In this document: piece after piece, positions 39,021-52,945 of the stretch
How the letters are laid out: every line of letters starts with the position of its first letter
How positions within the stretch are numbered: position 1 is the first letter of the stretch
From: Octopus sinensis
Taxonomy: Eukaryota
DNA: 64,000 nucleotides
Assembly: GCF_006345805.1 (NCBI RefSeq)
Contig: NC_043004.1
Location: forward strand, 80,166,001-80,230,000
Direction of reading: 5' to 3'
The notes under the pieces: model-generated
Told to the model about the DNA's origin: nothing
What the model saw: only the letters and a program-made list of their open reading frames with translations
The model's database searches: none
Position numbers and translations under genes: made by a program

Positions 39021-41123
39021 TTTTAATTATTTCACTCATTGAGCTGCGGTCATACTGGGGCACTCGCCTTGAAAAAAAGTCGACAAATAGATTTTGTTTC
39101 AAATGAGGTTTCGTTAATTTTTGTTGTTTTAAAAAAGACGATCGGATGTAATATGAGGGAAATCCAGGTGCTACATTTAGTACGCCTTGTGACTATGTAA
39201 GCGCTTGGCTTCCATGTTGGTTCCTGTCAGCAGAGCTAGCTGCGTGGTAGTTGGATGAATGTGAGAGACGAGACAGATTTGTGGCGGAGATGGTACTAAT
39301 TATACGGCTGTTGTTGGTGTTGTTGTTGCTGTTGGTGGTGGCAAATATAATGAGAATGACGACTTGGGAAGTCAGCAATCGCCATTACTATAAATTGGGA
39401 TAATAGAGTAGTGACTTCGATAATGTGACGATAGCGGTCGTATTGGTGGCGATGGTGGTGGGACGATAGTGATGATGATGGTGATGATGGGAAAGAGCGG
39501 TGGTAGTAATGACACTGATAGTTGAGGTTGTTGTAGTGGTGGTGATAATAGGGGTGTTATTGGTAAAAGTATTGGTTTTCAGAACCACACACACACACAC
39601 ACACACTTAACCGGTTTCACATTTAATTTTGAAGTGTGTATGGTGTGCCGACGCTGTATTGCAAACTGCGTCTTTTCTGACCGTTTTTTTATTTTTAAGA
39701 AATGGCTGATTTTATAAATAGGATGTGATTCAGAACACTTATCGACTAAGCGCACAAATTCAATTTACAATTCGTGATCTCACCCCACTAAATGAGCCAG
39801 AATCGCGTTTCTATACCAGTGACACCATACTTTTAAGCAGTTGCAATGCAAAACCTCGTCCTATACTTCTAAGGGATAATACAGACTCTTTAAACATCTG
39901 TGGTGTCTCTGTTCCATTTTGTACAATCATCACATACGCTTAGAAACATCCATTTTGACTTGATTCGAAACAGAAACGAAATATTGCTCTAAAACTCTAC
40001 GCTTTTTATCTAAAACTGCGGCCAATATTTTAATTATGATATGGTGACAGCGGGGAAACGGTGACGGAATATTCTCTTCATTCAGCAGCCACGGTGCCGT
40101 AATGTCTGTTTAAACAGAGCTGGCAGGAATGATTCTCGCCTAAAACAAAATCAACAACGACAGCAAAAGCTGAAGGAATAGAAGTAGAAGCAACAACAAC
40201 AACAACAACGACAACAACAGCAACAACAACTACAACAACGATGTTAACAGAAACTGCAACAGCATTCCCGTGTAATAAATTTGCCTTTTCGTGTTGCATA
40301 AAACAGGATTTTGATGAGTTTCAACATATTGCTAATGAACAGTTAAATTTAGTGTAAAACTATTCAAGACCGTTCCCTACTGTGAAGGTGAAGTGATTGG
40401 TAGTACTTTATCAAAGCAGAAGAACATTTAGCTAATTAAAATCTTGTCAAACAGGACAACCATCACCGCTAGTTGTTACATCAAAACGTTGTGGAAATTA
40501 CTGTCATAAAAATCAAATCAAAAACTTGCGAAAAAAGAAATAATAATAATAAAAATTCATGCGAAAACCAAACCAAAATTGAAATGAAGAACTCTCTGGA
40601 TATTCTAATCAGAATCGCCTGCCTGCTTGGTGTTCTGTGATTTGCCACCCATTCCTACGAATGACAGCGTCATAAAATAACTTTGATAGAAGATTTTATG
40701 ACGAAAAAACTTTTCTCACAAAACGGAAGAACCAATTTTTAATGTTGTCAAAAATGTGCGGATCAATCAGAAAAACGAGCGAAGTGTGTTTAGATGAGGT
40801 AATGAAACCTATCTCCCCCACCCGTCTTTTCTTATTTCTTATATTTTTTTTCCTCTAAGTAAAAAGATTTATATATATTTTTAAATATATAATTAACATT
40901 TATACAAACATACACGCGTGAATTCACACGCACATGTAAATGCATGCAAGTATATGAATTCATAGACGTTGCATAGATTAACGATTAAGATTACTTTTGG
41001 AAAAGATGGTGAACCAAAAGTAAGGTTTTTCAATTTTTCTGTAAAAATTGGGGTATTTTTCCTGGGAAAAGTGTAAAAATAAAGTTTTTAGAGGCAATCG
41101 TGTAAAAATTGTTAAGTATTTAC

Positions 41124-41569
41124 GGATCTTTTCGGTTTGAACGGCAGTTTTTTCTAGCGGTGTCATATGAAATTGTCACCCGTAATTATGACCCTAGTAT
41201 CGATCTATTGCATTTCAATCTGTTTTAGGGTTAGGGTTAGTTAGGATTAGTTAGGATTATTTAGGGTTAGGGGTGGGGGGAAGGTTGTCTTTTTTTCTTT
41301 ACAAATGTAAATAAACCCAATCTGTTTCTTACACGAGAGACATATTCATACGGCACGGAATGTTTTTTATCTCAATAGACGTCAGTGTTTGGTTGAAATT
41401 ACAGAAATTGAAGAAAAAAACAACAAATATCTTACAAACCATAGACTTTTCTCAATAAAGCCAAGAGAAAAAGATGTTTTATAAACACATTCTACCAGTA
41501 TACGAAGTTTAAAATTTTTTAGTTACTTAGAAATTATGTTAAAAACTGCCGTTCAAACCGAAAAGATCC
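41124..41569. mobile_element. 446-bp non-autonomous DNA transposon with perfect 29-bp TIRs and internal TTAGGG-like repeats
   Basis: GGATCTTTTCGGTTTGAACGGCAGTTTTT (41124-41152) is the exact reverse complement of 41541-41569; TTAGGG/TTAGGA run at about 41225-41272. Confidence 0.85.
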
Positions 41570-42549
41570 ATTTTTACTGGAAACAGTATAACAACTGAGA
41601 AATTTTTAATGACTCTTGCATAAAAATTTTGAAATTTTTACCGGAAATTGTACGTAAAACTTGTAAAGTTTTACTGGAAAGTTTTGAGGCCGACAGGAGA
41701 AAAATATGTAGCATTGGCCAGTCTCTTTTCATTTGGTTGACATAGTAACAGACATTGCTCATCAAGTCTATGAGAAACACATATTAAACATTAGGGTTGC
41801 TTTCTTTAGCAAATATCTTTTTAGTTAACGAGCAAGTGTATAAGAAGACTGCAAGAGAGTTTGTGTGTTGAAACAACCAACCAACGTACGCAAAAGTAAA
41901 ACGAATTTCAAGGCTGCAAGCCTTATTTACTAAAGTGATTTTTCTGATATGGTCAAATCATAAAACTTACATAAATAAATCATAAAATATCGATTTATCC
42001 TAAAGAAATACAGCGTGCCAATCTACCTTCAAGATTTATGGATGATACGTTCACAAAATGACGCAGAGAGAGCCATCAGATATATAATTCACTTTCTTTA
42101 CACATGTTGTTTACTTATTCGGCCATTACACTCTTTCTCCCCACCTCCTCCCTCATTCGGTGTCATACACACATACGTATATAATACATACATAGGTACA
42201 TGCATATAGTCATACATAAATATACGTAAATACACGCACACATATATACGTAAATGTGTGGTGTATGTGTCTATCAAACACTTCAGCCTCATAGTAATTG
42301 ATGAGTGTGTGTGTGTGTGTAGGCGTGCGTGTTTGAGTGTGTGTGTGTGTGTGTGTGTGAGAGTGAGTGTGGGTGTGTATGTGTGTGTGTGTGTGTGAAA
42401 GAACTCAATACACGTAGTACAAATGATTATTTATTCGTTCCAAGCAAATGAGTCAGTCCATTCATCCATTCATCCATCCATCCATACATACATACATACA
42501 TACATACAGATAGATAGATAGACAGACAGATAGACAGACAGATGGACAA

Positions 42550-42614
<65 letters not shown>

Positions 42615-42641
42615 CAGACAGATAGACAGACAGATGGACAA

Positions 42642-42720
<79 letters not shown>

Positions 42721-43060
42721 CAGAGTGAATTGATGAAAGGAAAATAAGCTTAATACAGATAACACAGCATAGTGCTGAAAAATGGATGGGAACTTAAACT
42801 CCAGCTTCTTCTTCTTCTTCACTGAGGGTCGGCGATTCAACATCAAAGAAGAATAAAAGAACAGTCGGCTATAAGAAAAATTCTTATCGAGCTGTTGTTA
42901 TAGACACAGTCAGGAAGAGAAACACGGGTAGGCTTGAGACGTGTACTTGCATGAAGTACGAGAAATACAGATTAGAAAATAAAGAAAAAAAGATAGCAAA
43001 AGAAAATTATGAGAAGCCTAAATGGCTTTATCTATTTTACTACACCCCTATCCCTCCCTC

Positions 43061-43123
<63 letters not shown>

Positions 43124-43179
43124 CGTAAAGAGAATGAGAGGGCGAGAGATAAAGAACGAAAGAATTAGATACATAAGTG

Positions 43180-43210
<31 letters not shown>

Positions 43211-43457
43211 CGCACACATATATATATGTATGCATGTATATATCTGTGATGCACAGATGTGTATGCGTTTGTATTTGTATATATGTGTATGTACACATAT
43301 GGAGACATACACACATAAGTGCATAGACACGATCACGCATACACACCTACGCACAGAGGTATACTAATATACACGCATGTATATAATATGCCTGTTTATC
43401 TCACTCTCTCTCACTCTCTCTTTCTCTCTCTCTCTCACTGTCTCTCTCTCTATATAT

Positions 43458-43488
<31 letters not shown>

Positions 43489-43490
<2 letters not shown>

Positions 43491-43899
43491 CTCTTTTACT
43501 CTTTTACTCTTTAACTTGTTTCAGTCATTTGACTGCGGCCATGCTGGAGCACCGCCTTTAGTCGAGCAAATCGACCCCGAGACTTATTCTTTGTAAGCCC
43601 AGTACTTATTCTATCGGTCTCTTTTGCCGAACCGCTAAGTGACGGGGACGTAAACACACCAGCATCGGTTGTCAAGCAATGCTAGGGGGACAAACACACA
43701 CAAACACACACACATATATACATATATATACATATATAAGACAGGCTTCTTTCAGTTTCCGTCTACCAAATCCACTCACAAGGCATTGGTCGGCCAGGGG
43801 CTATAGCAGAAGACACTTGCCCAAGGTGCCACGCAGTGGGACTGAACCCGGAACCATGTGGTTGGTTAGCAAGCTACTTACCACACAGCCACTCCTGCG

Positions 43900-43902
<3 letters not shown>
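43489..43902 (-). mobile_element. SINE family A, full length, young, in (TA)n
   Basis: Complete head AGGCGCAGGAGTGGCTGTGTGG through (AAAAGAGT)n tail. Confidence 0.9.
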
Positions 43903-43959
<57 letters not shown>

Positions 43960-44047
43960 TATATATGTACACATATATATATATATAACGGGAAGCTTTA
44001 TGAAAATAAACAAAAGACGAAGGCAGGTGGAATATAAATAAAACAAG

Positions 44048-44085
44048 TCTTTGACGTTTCGAGCCTACGCTCTTCAACAGAAAGA
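44048..44085 (-). ncRNA. Minimal hammerhead-ribozyme-like motif (HH-D, A6U core variant)
   Basis: Minus strand TCTTT-CTGTTGA-A-GAGC GTAG GCTC-GAAA-CGT-C-AAAGA: 5-bp helix I, 4-bp helix II, ACGT helix III, GUC triplet. Confidence 0.6.
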
Positions 44086-44171
44086 TACACAGAAAAGAAA
44101 CACAGAAAGAAACAAGGAGAGAAAAAATGCGCGCAGAAGCTAGCGAATCAACATGGCGATCTGATACATAT

Positions 44172-44541
44172 ACTCTCTTTTACTCTTTTACTTGTTTCAG
44201 TCATTTGACTGCGGCCATGCTGGAGCACCACCTTTTAGTACTTATTCTATCGGTCTCTTTTTGCCGAACCGCTAAGTGACGGGGACGTAAACACACCAGC
44301 ATCGGTTGTCAAGCAATGCTAGGGGGACAAACACAGACACACAAACACACACACATATACATATATATACATATATACGACAGGCTTCTTTCAGTTTCCG
44401 TCTACCAAATCCACTCACAAGGCATTGGTCGGCCCGGGGCTATAGCAGAAGACACTTGCCCAAGATGCCACGCAGTGGGACTGAACCCGCAACCGTGTGG
44501 TTGGTTAGCAAGCTACTTACCACACAGCCACTCCTGCGCCT
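44172..44541 (-). mobile_element. SINE family A, near-identical to the 43489 copy, with an internal deletion
   Basis: Shares diagnostic variants GTCAAGCAATGCTAGGGGG and GGTTGGTTAGCAAG. Confidence 0.9.
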
Positions 44542-44664
44542 ATATATATATATAAATCACATAAAAAATCTTGCACAACAAATATTTAAACGTACTATAT
44601 ATATATAGTTATTTATCTGTGTATTTATTATGTTTTCAGGATCCTCTATCGTCATATGTTGTGG

Positions 44665-45200
44665 TGTGTGTTAGTGCTCCATTCTAGTTTTCTATTCATG
44701 CTAGGTTTATTTTCTATTATGTGTGTAGCTTCTGTAATTTGTCTAATTGTTGCATCTGATCTATGTGTGGATAATATTTTAATTTCTATGTTATTGATTG
44801 ATCCCCCGTGTTCTTGTTCGGCGTGTTGGTACAGAATCGATGAGCTTTTACCTTCCTTGAGTTGTCTCCAATGCTCATTGACCCGCTCTCCTATGCTTCT
44901 TGCCGTTTCCCCTGGGCATGACGTTGTCTTGTTATTGCATCACCCTCTATACATCTTATACTATAGACTACATTTCTGGCTTCACAGTTTGTTTGTGGGC
45001 TAAATCTACATACAGTACAGTACTTATCCGTACAGGGGTTCTACTAAAAGGATAGGTTCTACCAATTATAGATTTGATAGGGTTGCCTGGCTTTTCAACA
45101 ACCTTAATTCTTAGCTTAAGTTTGTCTAGGTTCCTTCTAAAGCGATACGCCAGTTCACTTCCAGGGGTGGTGGCAACGAACATGACACTCTGGTATTGCC
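44665..45200 (-). mobile_element. Penelope-like element linker + GIY-YIG endonuclease remnant
   Basis: SVMFVATTPGSEL..IKVVEKPG / PCTDKYCTVC..CEARNVVYSIRC / GETARSIGERVNEH..SILYQH..RQITEATHI..PSMNRKLEW, with two frameshifts. Confidence 0.85.
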
Positions 45201-45326
45201 CACTCTATAGGAACAAGTCATGGAACACTATAGAAAGGACAAAAAAAAAAGAAAATAGGGAAGGCCAACTCTTGGTATGATAGCCATAAATACCAGAGTG
45301 TCATGTTCATTGACATGTTCGAATAT

Positions 45327-45382
<56 letters not shown>

Positions 45383-45652
45383 GTATAATACTCACGCATA
45401 TATATACAGATACATATATACATGTCTAGAGATGCAAGCGTATGCATTAGAAGACATACATAATACAAAACATACAAATCTGCGCGTATACATGCAAACA
45501 TGTATATATACATACATATATACATACATACGTACATACATACAAACATACATACATGCGTACATACCTACATACATACATACATACATACATACGTACG
45601 TACGTACATACATACATACATACATACATACATACATACATACATAGATACA

Positions 45653-45683
<31 letters not shown>

Positions 45684-46532
45684 GTGTATACGTTAATAAC
45701 CGTGTGATATATTTAACAAGTGCTTAAGCGACTGTAATCAAACAACACTAGTAGTCGGGAAATGCTGCAGGTTTGAAATAATTAAATATTAGGAGCGGAA
45801 ACACTTGTGTTTGCTTATGTATGTATGTATGTATGTATGTATGTATGTATGTATGTATGTATGTATGTATGTATGTGTGTGTGTGTGCGTGTGTACTTGT
45901 TTTCTTTTATGTTTAAGTCGTGGATAAAAAGAATTTAACTTTAAACTGAAAGAGCCTTAATAGAAGGTACTCGTCAAGGTAACACGAAGCGGGACTGAAC
46001 ATACACAGGTAAATACAGAAGGAAATGCCGAACATCTTGAACGTAACAGAATTAATGTTACGCAAAGTGTCACAAAGCCATAATCAAGCAATGTTTCAAT
46101 CCAAAATAAACAGTTCGAATATTTAATTCACGTGGTGAAAATTCGTTATCAGAATATTAAAATATCATTGAAATTTATAGTTAAACAGTATCAATGTTAT
46201 TGATAATATATATTTATTGTAAATATAGAAAAAAGAAATTTGGTTTATTTAATTATTATTTTAATTTAATTGACATATATTTTATATGTTGAAAAATCAA
46301 TATTCATTTCATTCTTTCGTGTAGGCAATGTAAAATTAGAAAAAAATATTAATGATAAGTATAGTATATGTTAAACATTATCTGATATTAACTGCAGTTT
46401 TGTATTATTGTGGAGTTTGTTTTCTTTTTTTAATTTCTGGTGTTATTTTAACGCTTTGTTTGTTTGTATAGAATATGTAGACTGGGTTGTGCTGCTTTGT
46501 GGTTATTGTATAGGGTTTTGTATTGTGATACG

Positions 46533-46600
<68 letters not shown>

Positions 46601-46613
46601 AGAGAAAAGAGAG

Positions 46614-46646
<33 letters not shown>

Positions 46647-47353
46647 GAGAGAAAGTTGTACTGTTAAATCGAAAATATCTTCGGGATGATACGAACTGTA
46701 ACTAAAAGGGCTTTCTTTTCTGACCGTGCATAATCTTGCGTTCAAAAGCTGTTATCATGTGTATGAAAGTCTATTGTGTACATTGATCAGATACCTTCTT
46801 TGACGAAAAACAAAATGCATTAGCTACTTTCCTCTGCTCCCTCATTTATGTTAAAAGCAGTTTTCCTCAGCCCTTTGTCAAGGAGTAGTATTTTCTTTTT
46901 GACTGTGGCTATCAAAAGATTACTTTAAAAACGTTTTCTCGAGTTCTAGAACTCATAAGGTTTGTTATCTGGATTCCATGGCGTATATAAATGACGAGAT
47001 CGCAACATGCTTCCTGAATGCAGAGTTCAAGGTTAGCTACCTTTGATTGGAGGGAGACAAGCCGATTACAGCGATTTCAGTACGTATTGAATAGTTTATT
47101 TTAACGAGCCCGGATGAAAGGCAAAGGTGACCTTGGCGGGATTTGAACTCACATCGTAAAGAGCTGAAAGAAATGCCGCCAAGCATTTTGTTCGACATGA
47201 TAACGATTTGGAGAGCCCACCCTCTTAATCAAAAGAGGAAATAATTCAGGGGACGTGGTTAAAGGGTTTCTATTGTTGTCTATTGTTTTTCTTGATTTCA
47301 CCTTCTCTTTCGTCGGCGTAATTTGCACCGGGTCATTTTGGCGCACGGAAAAG

Positions 47354-47410
<57 letters not shown>

Positions 47411-47413
<3 letters not shown>

Positions 47414-48981
47414 TAGTTTTATTTTTATAGTGTGCTTTCACTTCACTACCGAGCGCAGCTCTGTGTGCCTTGGGTATGTGCTGTGATTTGTTGTGATGCT
47501 CTGATGGTTATTGTATGGAAAGTGTTCTGCGTAGGATGTGTGCAGTGCCTAGTAGTGCAATTTTCTGTATGTTATATGTGTTTGTAAGTCCTGGTGTTTT
47601 TGTTATGTATTTGTCTGAATATTTTTTATCATGCCTAATGCGCCTACTATGATAGGAATTGTTTCTGTTTTCAGGTTCCACATTCTAGTTACCTCTATTT
47701 CCAGGTCTTTGTATTTTGAGAGTTTCTCCATTTCTTTTAGAGACACGTTGTCATCTGCCGGTATTGATACATCAATTAGAAAGCATTTTTTTTCTTCATG
47801 ATCTCTGACAACTATATCTGGTCTGTTGGCCTTAATTTCTCTATCCGTGTGTATCGACATATCCCAGAGTATGGTTGCTTTCTCGTTTTCTGTGACCTTT
47901 TCTGGTGTGTGCCTATACCATCTTTTTTCTGTTGTTATTCCATAATGTTGGCATAGCTTCCAATGTATGTAGGTTCCAACTCTGTCATGTCTGTGAATAT
48001 ATTCCTTCTTAGCCAGGACTGGGCAGCTAGAGATAATATGATTTATTGTTTCTTGTCCATCTCCACGTATTCTGCAGTTACTTGTAATATTTCTTTTCAT
48101 TACATGTTTTTGGTAATTTCTGGTGGGGAGGCTTTGGTCTTGTGCTGCAATTAAAAATCCCTCTGTTTCTGCTTTGAGTCCTGAGCTTCTCAACCATTGC
48201 TGGGATTTTTCTTTGTCTATTTCTTTTGCGTTTAGTTTAGTGCAGTATTTACCATGAAGGGGCTTTTCTTGCCATCGTTTTATCATGGCTCGTTGCTGTT
48301 CTATTTTTAGTTTGGATTTCATTTGTTTTATAGCTTTTGTTGTTTCTTCATCATCTTCTTCTTCTTCTTTGTGTTTATTAGGTGGTATGATTTCTTGTTT
48401 GTATTGTCAGCTTCCTTAAATACTGAGAACAGTTTTTTGTTTTGCTCGTGTTTTGCTGCTATCTGGATCAGTTTTCCTTCCTTCTGAAGTAGGTATTTTT
48501 GCAGTCCTATGGTGGTTATTTTATAGTAGTTTTCCAGCTGTATAAGGCCTCTACCACCTTCTATACGTTGTATATATAGTCTTTCTATGTCAGATTTTGG
48601 GTGATGCATCCTAGATCCTGTCAGTATTTTTCTTGTTTTCCTATCTATTTTGGACAGTTCATTTCGTGTCCAGTTAAGGATATTGTAGCTGTAACTTATA
48701 ACTGGGACAGCTAAAGTGTTGATACCTATTATCTTGTTTTTAGCATTGAGCTCTGTTTTTAGTATTGATCTAACTCGTCTATAATATTCTTTTTTTATTT
48801 TCTCTTTCATTTGTGTGTGTTGTGTCTTATCTAGTTCATGGATTCCTAAGTATTTGTAAGTTTGGCTTTGGTCTAATTCTTTTATTTCATTGGTTTTATC
48901 TAGTGTGATGTTGTTACTCTTAACTAGTTTTCCTCTTTTCATGGTTACTTTGGCGCATTTTTCTAATCCAAATTTCATATC

Positions 48982-48982
<1 letters not shown>
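47411..48982 (-). mobile_element. R4/Dong-like RLE retrotransposon, 5'-truncated, in (TAA)n
   Basis: RT C-terminus KFGLEKCAK..YKYLGI..HHPKSDIERLY..GGRGL, then ETEG..AAQDQ, CCHC (ETINHIISSC), RHD, NRPDIV, IDVSIP, KLSKYKDL, IIVGALG; stop at 47508; (ATT)n at 47354-47410 and 48983-49043. Confidence 0.9.
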
Positions 48983-49046
<64 letters not shown>

Positions 49047-49182
49047 GTACTTTACAAGGAACGGTGCCCACATGTTCACAGAATATATCAAGGAACGTGA
49101 AATGTTAGTAACATACATATCGATTTTTCTCATATTGGAAGGACTTCGATATGCCCAAGCCCTGCTGATTTATGGTATGATA

Positions 49183-49500
49183 TGCGTTCTAGTGGCTTAG
49201 TGGTTAGGGCATTCGGCTCACGATCGTGAGTTCAATTTCCGGCGGCGGTGCGTTGTGTCCTTAAGCAAGACACTTTATTTCACATTGCTCCAGTCCATCC
49301 AGCTGGCAAAAATTAGTAACACCTGTATTTCAAAGGGTCAGCATTGCCACAGTCTGTGTCACGCTGAATCTCCCTGAGAAGTATGTTAAAGGTACATGTG
49401 TCTGTGGAGTGCTCAGCCACTTGCACGAGAATTTCACGAGCAAGCTGTTTCGTTGATCGTATCAGCTGAGACCTTCGTCGTCGTAACCGACGGAGTGCTC
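49183..49500 (+). mobile_element. SINE family C, full length
   Basis: GTGGCTTAGTGGTTAG A-box, GAGTTCAATTTCC B-box, TTAAGCAAGACACTTTATTTC, CGTCG-TAAC-CGACG tail. Confidence 0.85.
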
Positions 49501-49508
49501 AATATACA

Positions 49509-49573
<65 letters not shown>

Positions 49574-49995
49574 TTATGTATGTATGTATATGTGTATACA
49601 CACACACACATATACATACATACATACATACATATACATATACATATATATACATATACATATATATATATATGTTACACATTTATGTGTGTAAGTGTAT
49701 AAATGCGCGCGTGTGCATTTATATTTTTTTAGATTTTACCTAGTTTCAGCTCACGAGCTGTGGCCATGCTGTGTGTGTATAGTTGCCTTTTTTTGTTTCT
49801 TGTCTCGGCTTATAACATATCTTCATACGTATTATGCATTTTTTTAACCTTGTGCTTCTCCCACGTCTTCATGTAACTGTGTTGTGTGTATAATCCCATC
49901 CCACACGCACTGTAACCACTTTGTAACAAGGTTGCATATTCATGAATGGGCTCTGGTGGCAAATAAATGAATAAATAAACAAATAATAATAATAA

Positions 49996-50038
<43 letters not shown>

Positions 50039-52024
50039 TAATAATAATAATGATAATAATAATAATATTAATCATTAGAGTTGCTGGCAAATGTGTCATT
50101 TTACGAACTGCAGGAGTTTAAAAGATATCGGATTACCTTCGAAATCGGATTTTTTTTCTCTGTGTGTGTCGTGTTTTGTGGATTTATTATATTGAGAGAA
50201 GCTAAAAGTTTGTTTCCATGTTTTTTTCTCCTTTGGGGGCAGAAAATGATTATATCTTTGAATTTTTTTGTTGCCAACGACTGTTTTAAGCGTTTTATAA
50301 ACATGGCATCTATTGAGGTGGTGGAGGGACACGCCCCCAAACATTTAACAGATATCAAACAAATAATTTAAGTGGACAGCAATTCTTTAAGCTAGCGCAG
50401 ACAGTTATACTTTGAGAAAAAAAATAATACGCAGGCAAATAAATTGCAATTTCACAAAGAATCACATTTGTAAATACAGAATTTGGTATAAAAGCATGCA
50501 CAAGTAACGATGAGAGAGAAATTAAAAAAACACAGGTAGTTACAACGAAGGCTTTGCTGTTGTTACCAGTCGAAAAGAATCATTAAACACGAGAAAACTT
50601 GGTGAAAAAAAGATAAAAAGTGGGGGAAAAGTATGTCTCAAAATATTTTCCCTTGCCGCCTAAATATTTTCTCGATAGGCTCTCAAAGGAATAGAGTCAG
50701 CAAACCCTTGGTAATCTTTCAAACAGCGCAGTTTCTAGTAACCACATATGAGAATGTGTAAAAGAGAATGTTTAGCTGGTCTTCAAAACTGAGAAGGGAG
50801 TCATGTACTTGGCCGTGAATTAATGCTGTAGTATTTGGGACTATACAATATGAGGGTCGGGTTAGAGCAAGAAGCATTATTAGTGACATTGGTTTGTGTA
50901 TTGTCACCTTTGAGATAGAGTACGGAAGGGTGGTGAGTACGAAGATTTGGCCCAGTGAAATCTGCAGGAACATACAAGCCTCGATGATGCTTGACGACCA
51001 TAGAGTTGGATCACATCGTGGGTGCAGAAAGAAAAGCAATGCAACTAATTGTGAAGGACAAAAATGTCGGTTGTTAAACACGTGGTAGCGAGAATCCCTT
51101 GAGTGCTTTCCGTTCTGTAGAGCTGAAAAAGAGCAGGTGGGCATAAGCGGAACTGGGAATGGCAACAGTAGGAGCCTGAAATTATTGTTTCGTGAATACC
51201 ACCAATCGAAGCTTTGAGATTGGCTGTAAAACTTGTCCTTTTTTCAATCCGTTTTCAATCAGGAGTTGGACATTGGACTAAGGTAGCAGACTTGGACGGC
51301 AGTGGAAGAGTAAAAAAATACATTAAGACGTTCAAAAAGAAAAATGAACTTCAAGGGATGGACAGTTGAATGTGCGAAATGATGCCCTTACTCTGAGAGT
51401 ACTTGTGCTTCACTGATCTTTGGAAATGGTCTTTTAGGGATAACGGAAGACAATATGTTAGACCAAATCTATTTAGAAGACAACTCAAACGATAGAATAT
51501 TTTTGCAAAGATCGAACAAGTTGTCGACCATTAAGTGAAAAAGGCAAGCACCGTGAGTGTTATTTGTCCCAGTAAGCATCTGCACCTAAAAAACAAAAAC
51601 AACGTCAAGCGGTCTCGTTGAGTGCAATAGGGCTGGTGAGTAGGCTGCTCTGATCAAATCTGATAAGCTACTTCTCTCAAGTGCATATGTGTCGTTGGCT
51701 GTGTGTGTGTGGGAGGGTGTTATTTGTTTCTTGTATCGCTTTTAATTATATTGCGCATTTATACTTATAAACACACACGCACACACACATACCCACTTAA
51801 TACCATTGTGCATTCCCATATATCCGTATCATAATATTGTGTAATTAAAAACCAAATTACGTCACGTTGTATTGTTCAAGTTTTATTTTGTCTGGTTTTT
51901 CGATTCTATATAATTTTGCATCTCACCACATGTCTTAGACATAACTTTGTGTAGCACGTTCCCCTATTTTTGCATTACTGGGACCTTGTGACAATAAATA
52001 AATAAATAAATAATAACAATAATG

Positions 52025-52103
<79 letters not shown>

Positions 52104-52113
52104 TGATGATGAT

Positions 52114-52667
52114 GCCCTGATGCAGTACCAGGCAGTGGCTCTCATGGCTTCTGATCTTAAATGATTGGAAGTGTTATCATGTACATTGTTTTGTTTTGGT
52201 ATAAAAGATGGGCTACAGCAAATATTCTGCTCAATACCACAGATTTGCTTGTCAGTTGTTTGACCTTAACCAGTTGAGCATGTCCCTTAGTGGCTGACGA
52301 TATGTGCATCTCTGATCACGAGCAGAAGTAGTGGGGGAGCATCATAGCCATGTGTTGAGGGGGATTCTTTGGGGTTTGAATAGTTCACCTCTGGAAACAT
52401 GGGTGGTTCTTTCAACATCCTTAAACAACCCTTATTCAGGGACCGTTTGAGCGGGATGGGCTACTCAACCTGAAGAAAATTCTAACTGGGTCCCACCTGC
52501 AAGGTCATGTGCTGTTTATCTTGATATGAGATCACCATGTCGCGCACATATGGTTGTGATGCATGTGCCTGGTGTACCTTTATCAGACGGGTAGTCATGA
52601 TGGGTATATTGGGCTTCGTATATTTTACCCCAGTGTCACTTTGATGGCATGAACTGCTCTCTCACTC
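52114..52667 (+). mobile_element. ~550-bp non-coding insert bounded by (AAT)n on both sides
   Basis: Complex, GC-richer block with sharp edges against (AAT)n; no recognisable ORF; orientation inferred from the (AAT)n strand rule of the RLE copies. Confidence 0.5.
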
Positions 52668-52677
52668 AATAATAATG

Positions 52678-52808
<131 letters not shown>

Positions 52809-52852
52809 CTGGATCATCCAGCGTTAGAAACTGTACAAAGGCAATAATAATG

Positions 52853-52918
<66 letters not shown>

Positions 52919-52945
52919 CTCAATTATTATTATTATTATAATAAT

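Noticed and set aside
41225-41272. True telomere or chromosome fusion site
   Set aside because: Only a few degenerate units, enclosed by transposon TIRs.
46815-46875. Minus-strand CTGAGGA..CTGCT/AGCAG..GAAA-GTAGC-TA hammerhead-like match
   Set aside because: No helix I pairing and several unpaired bases at the base of helix II; compatible with chance.
50719-51600. 148-aa ORF and GC-richer block, possible LTR-retrotransposon remnant
   Set aside because: No convincing RT, RNase H or integrase motif in any frame by eye; needs tBLASTx/HMM.
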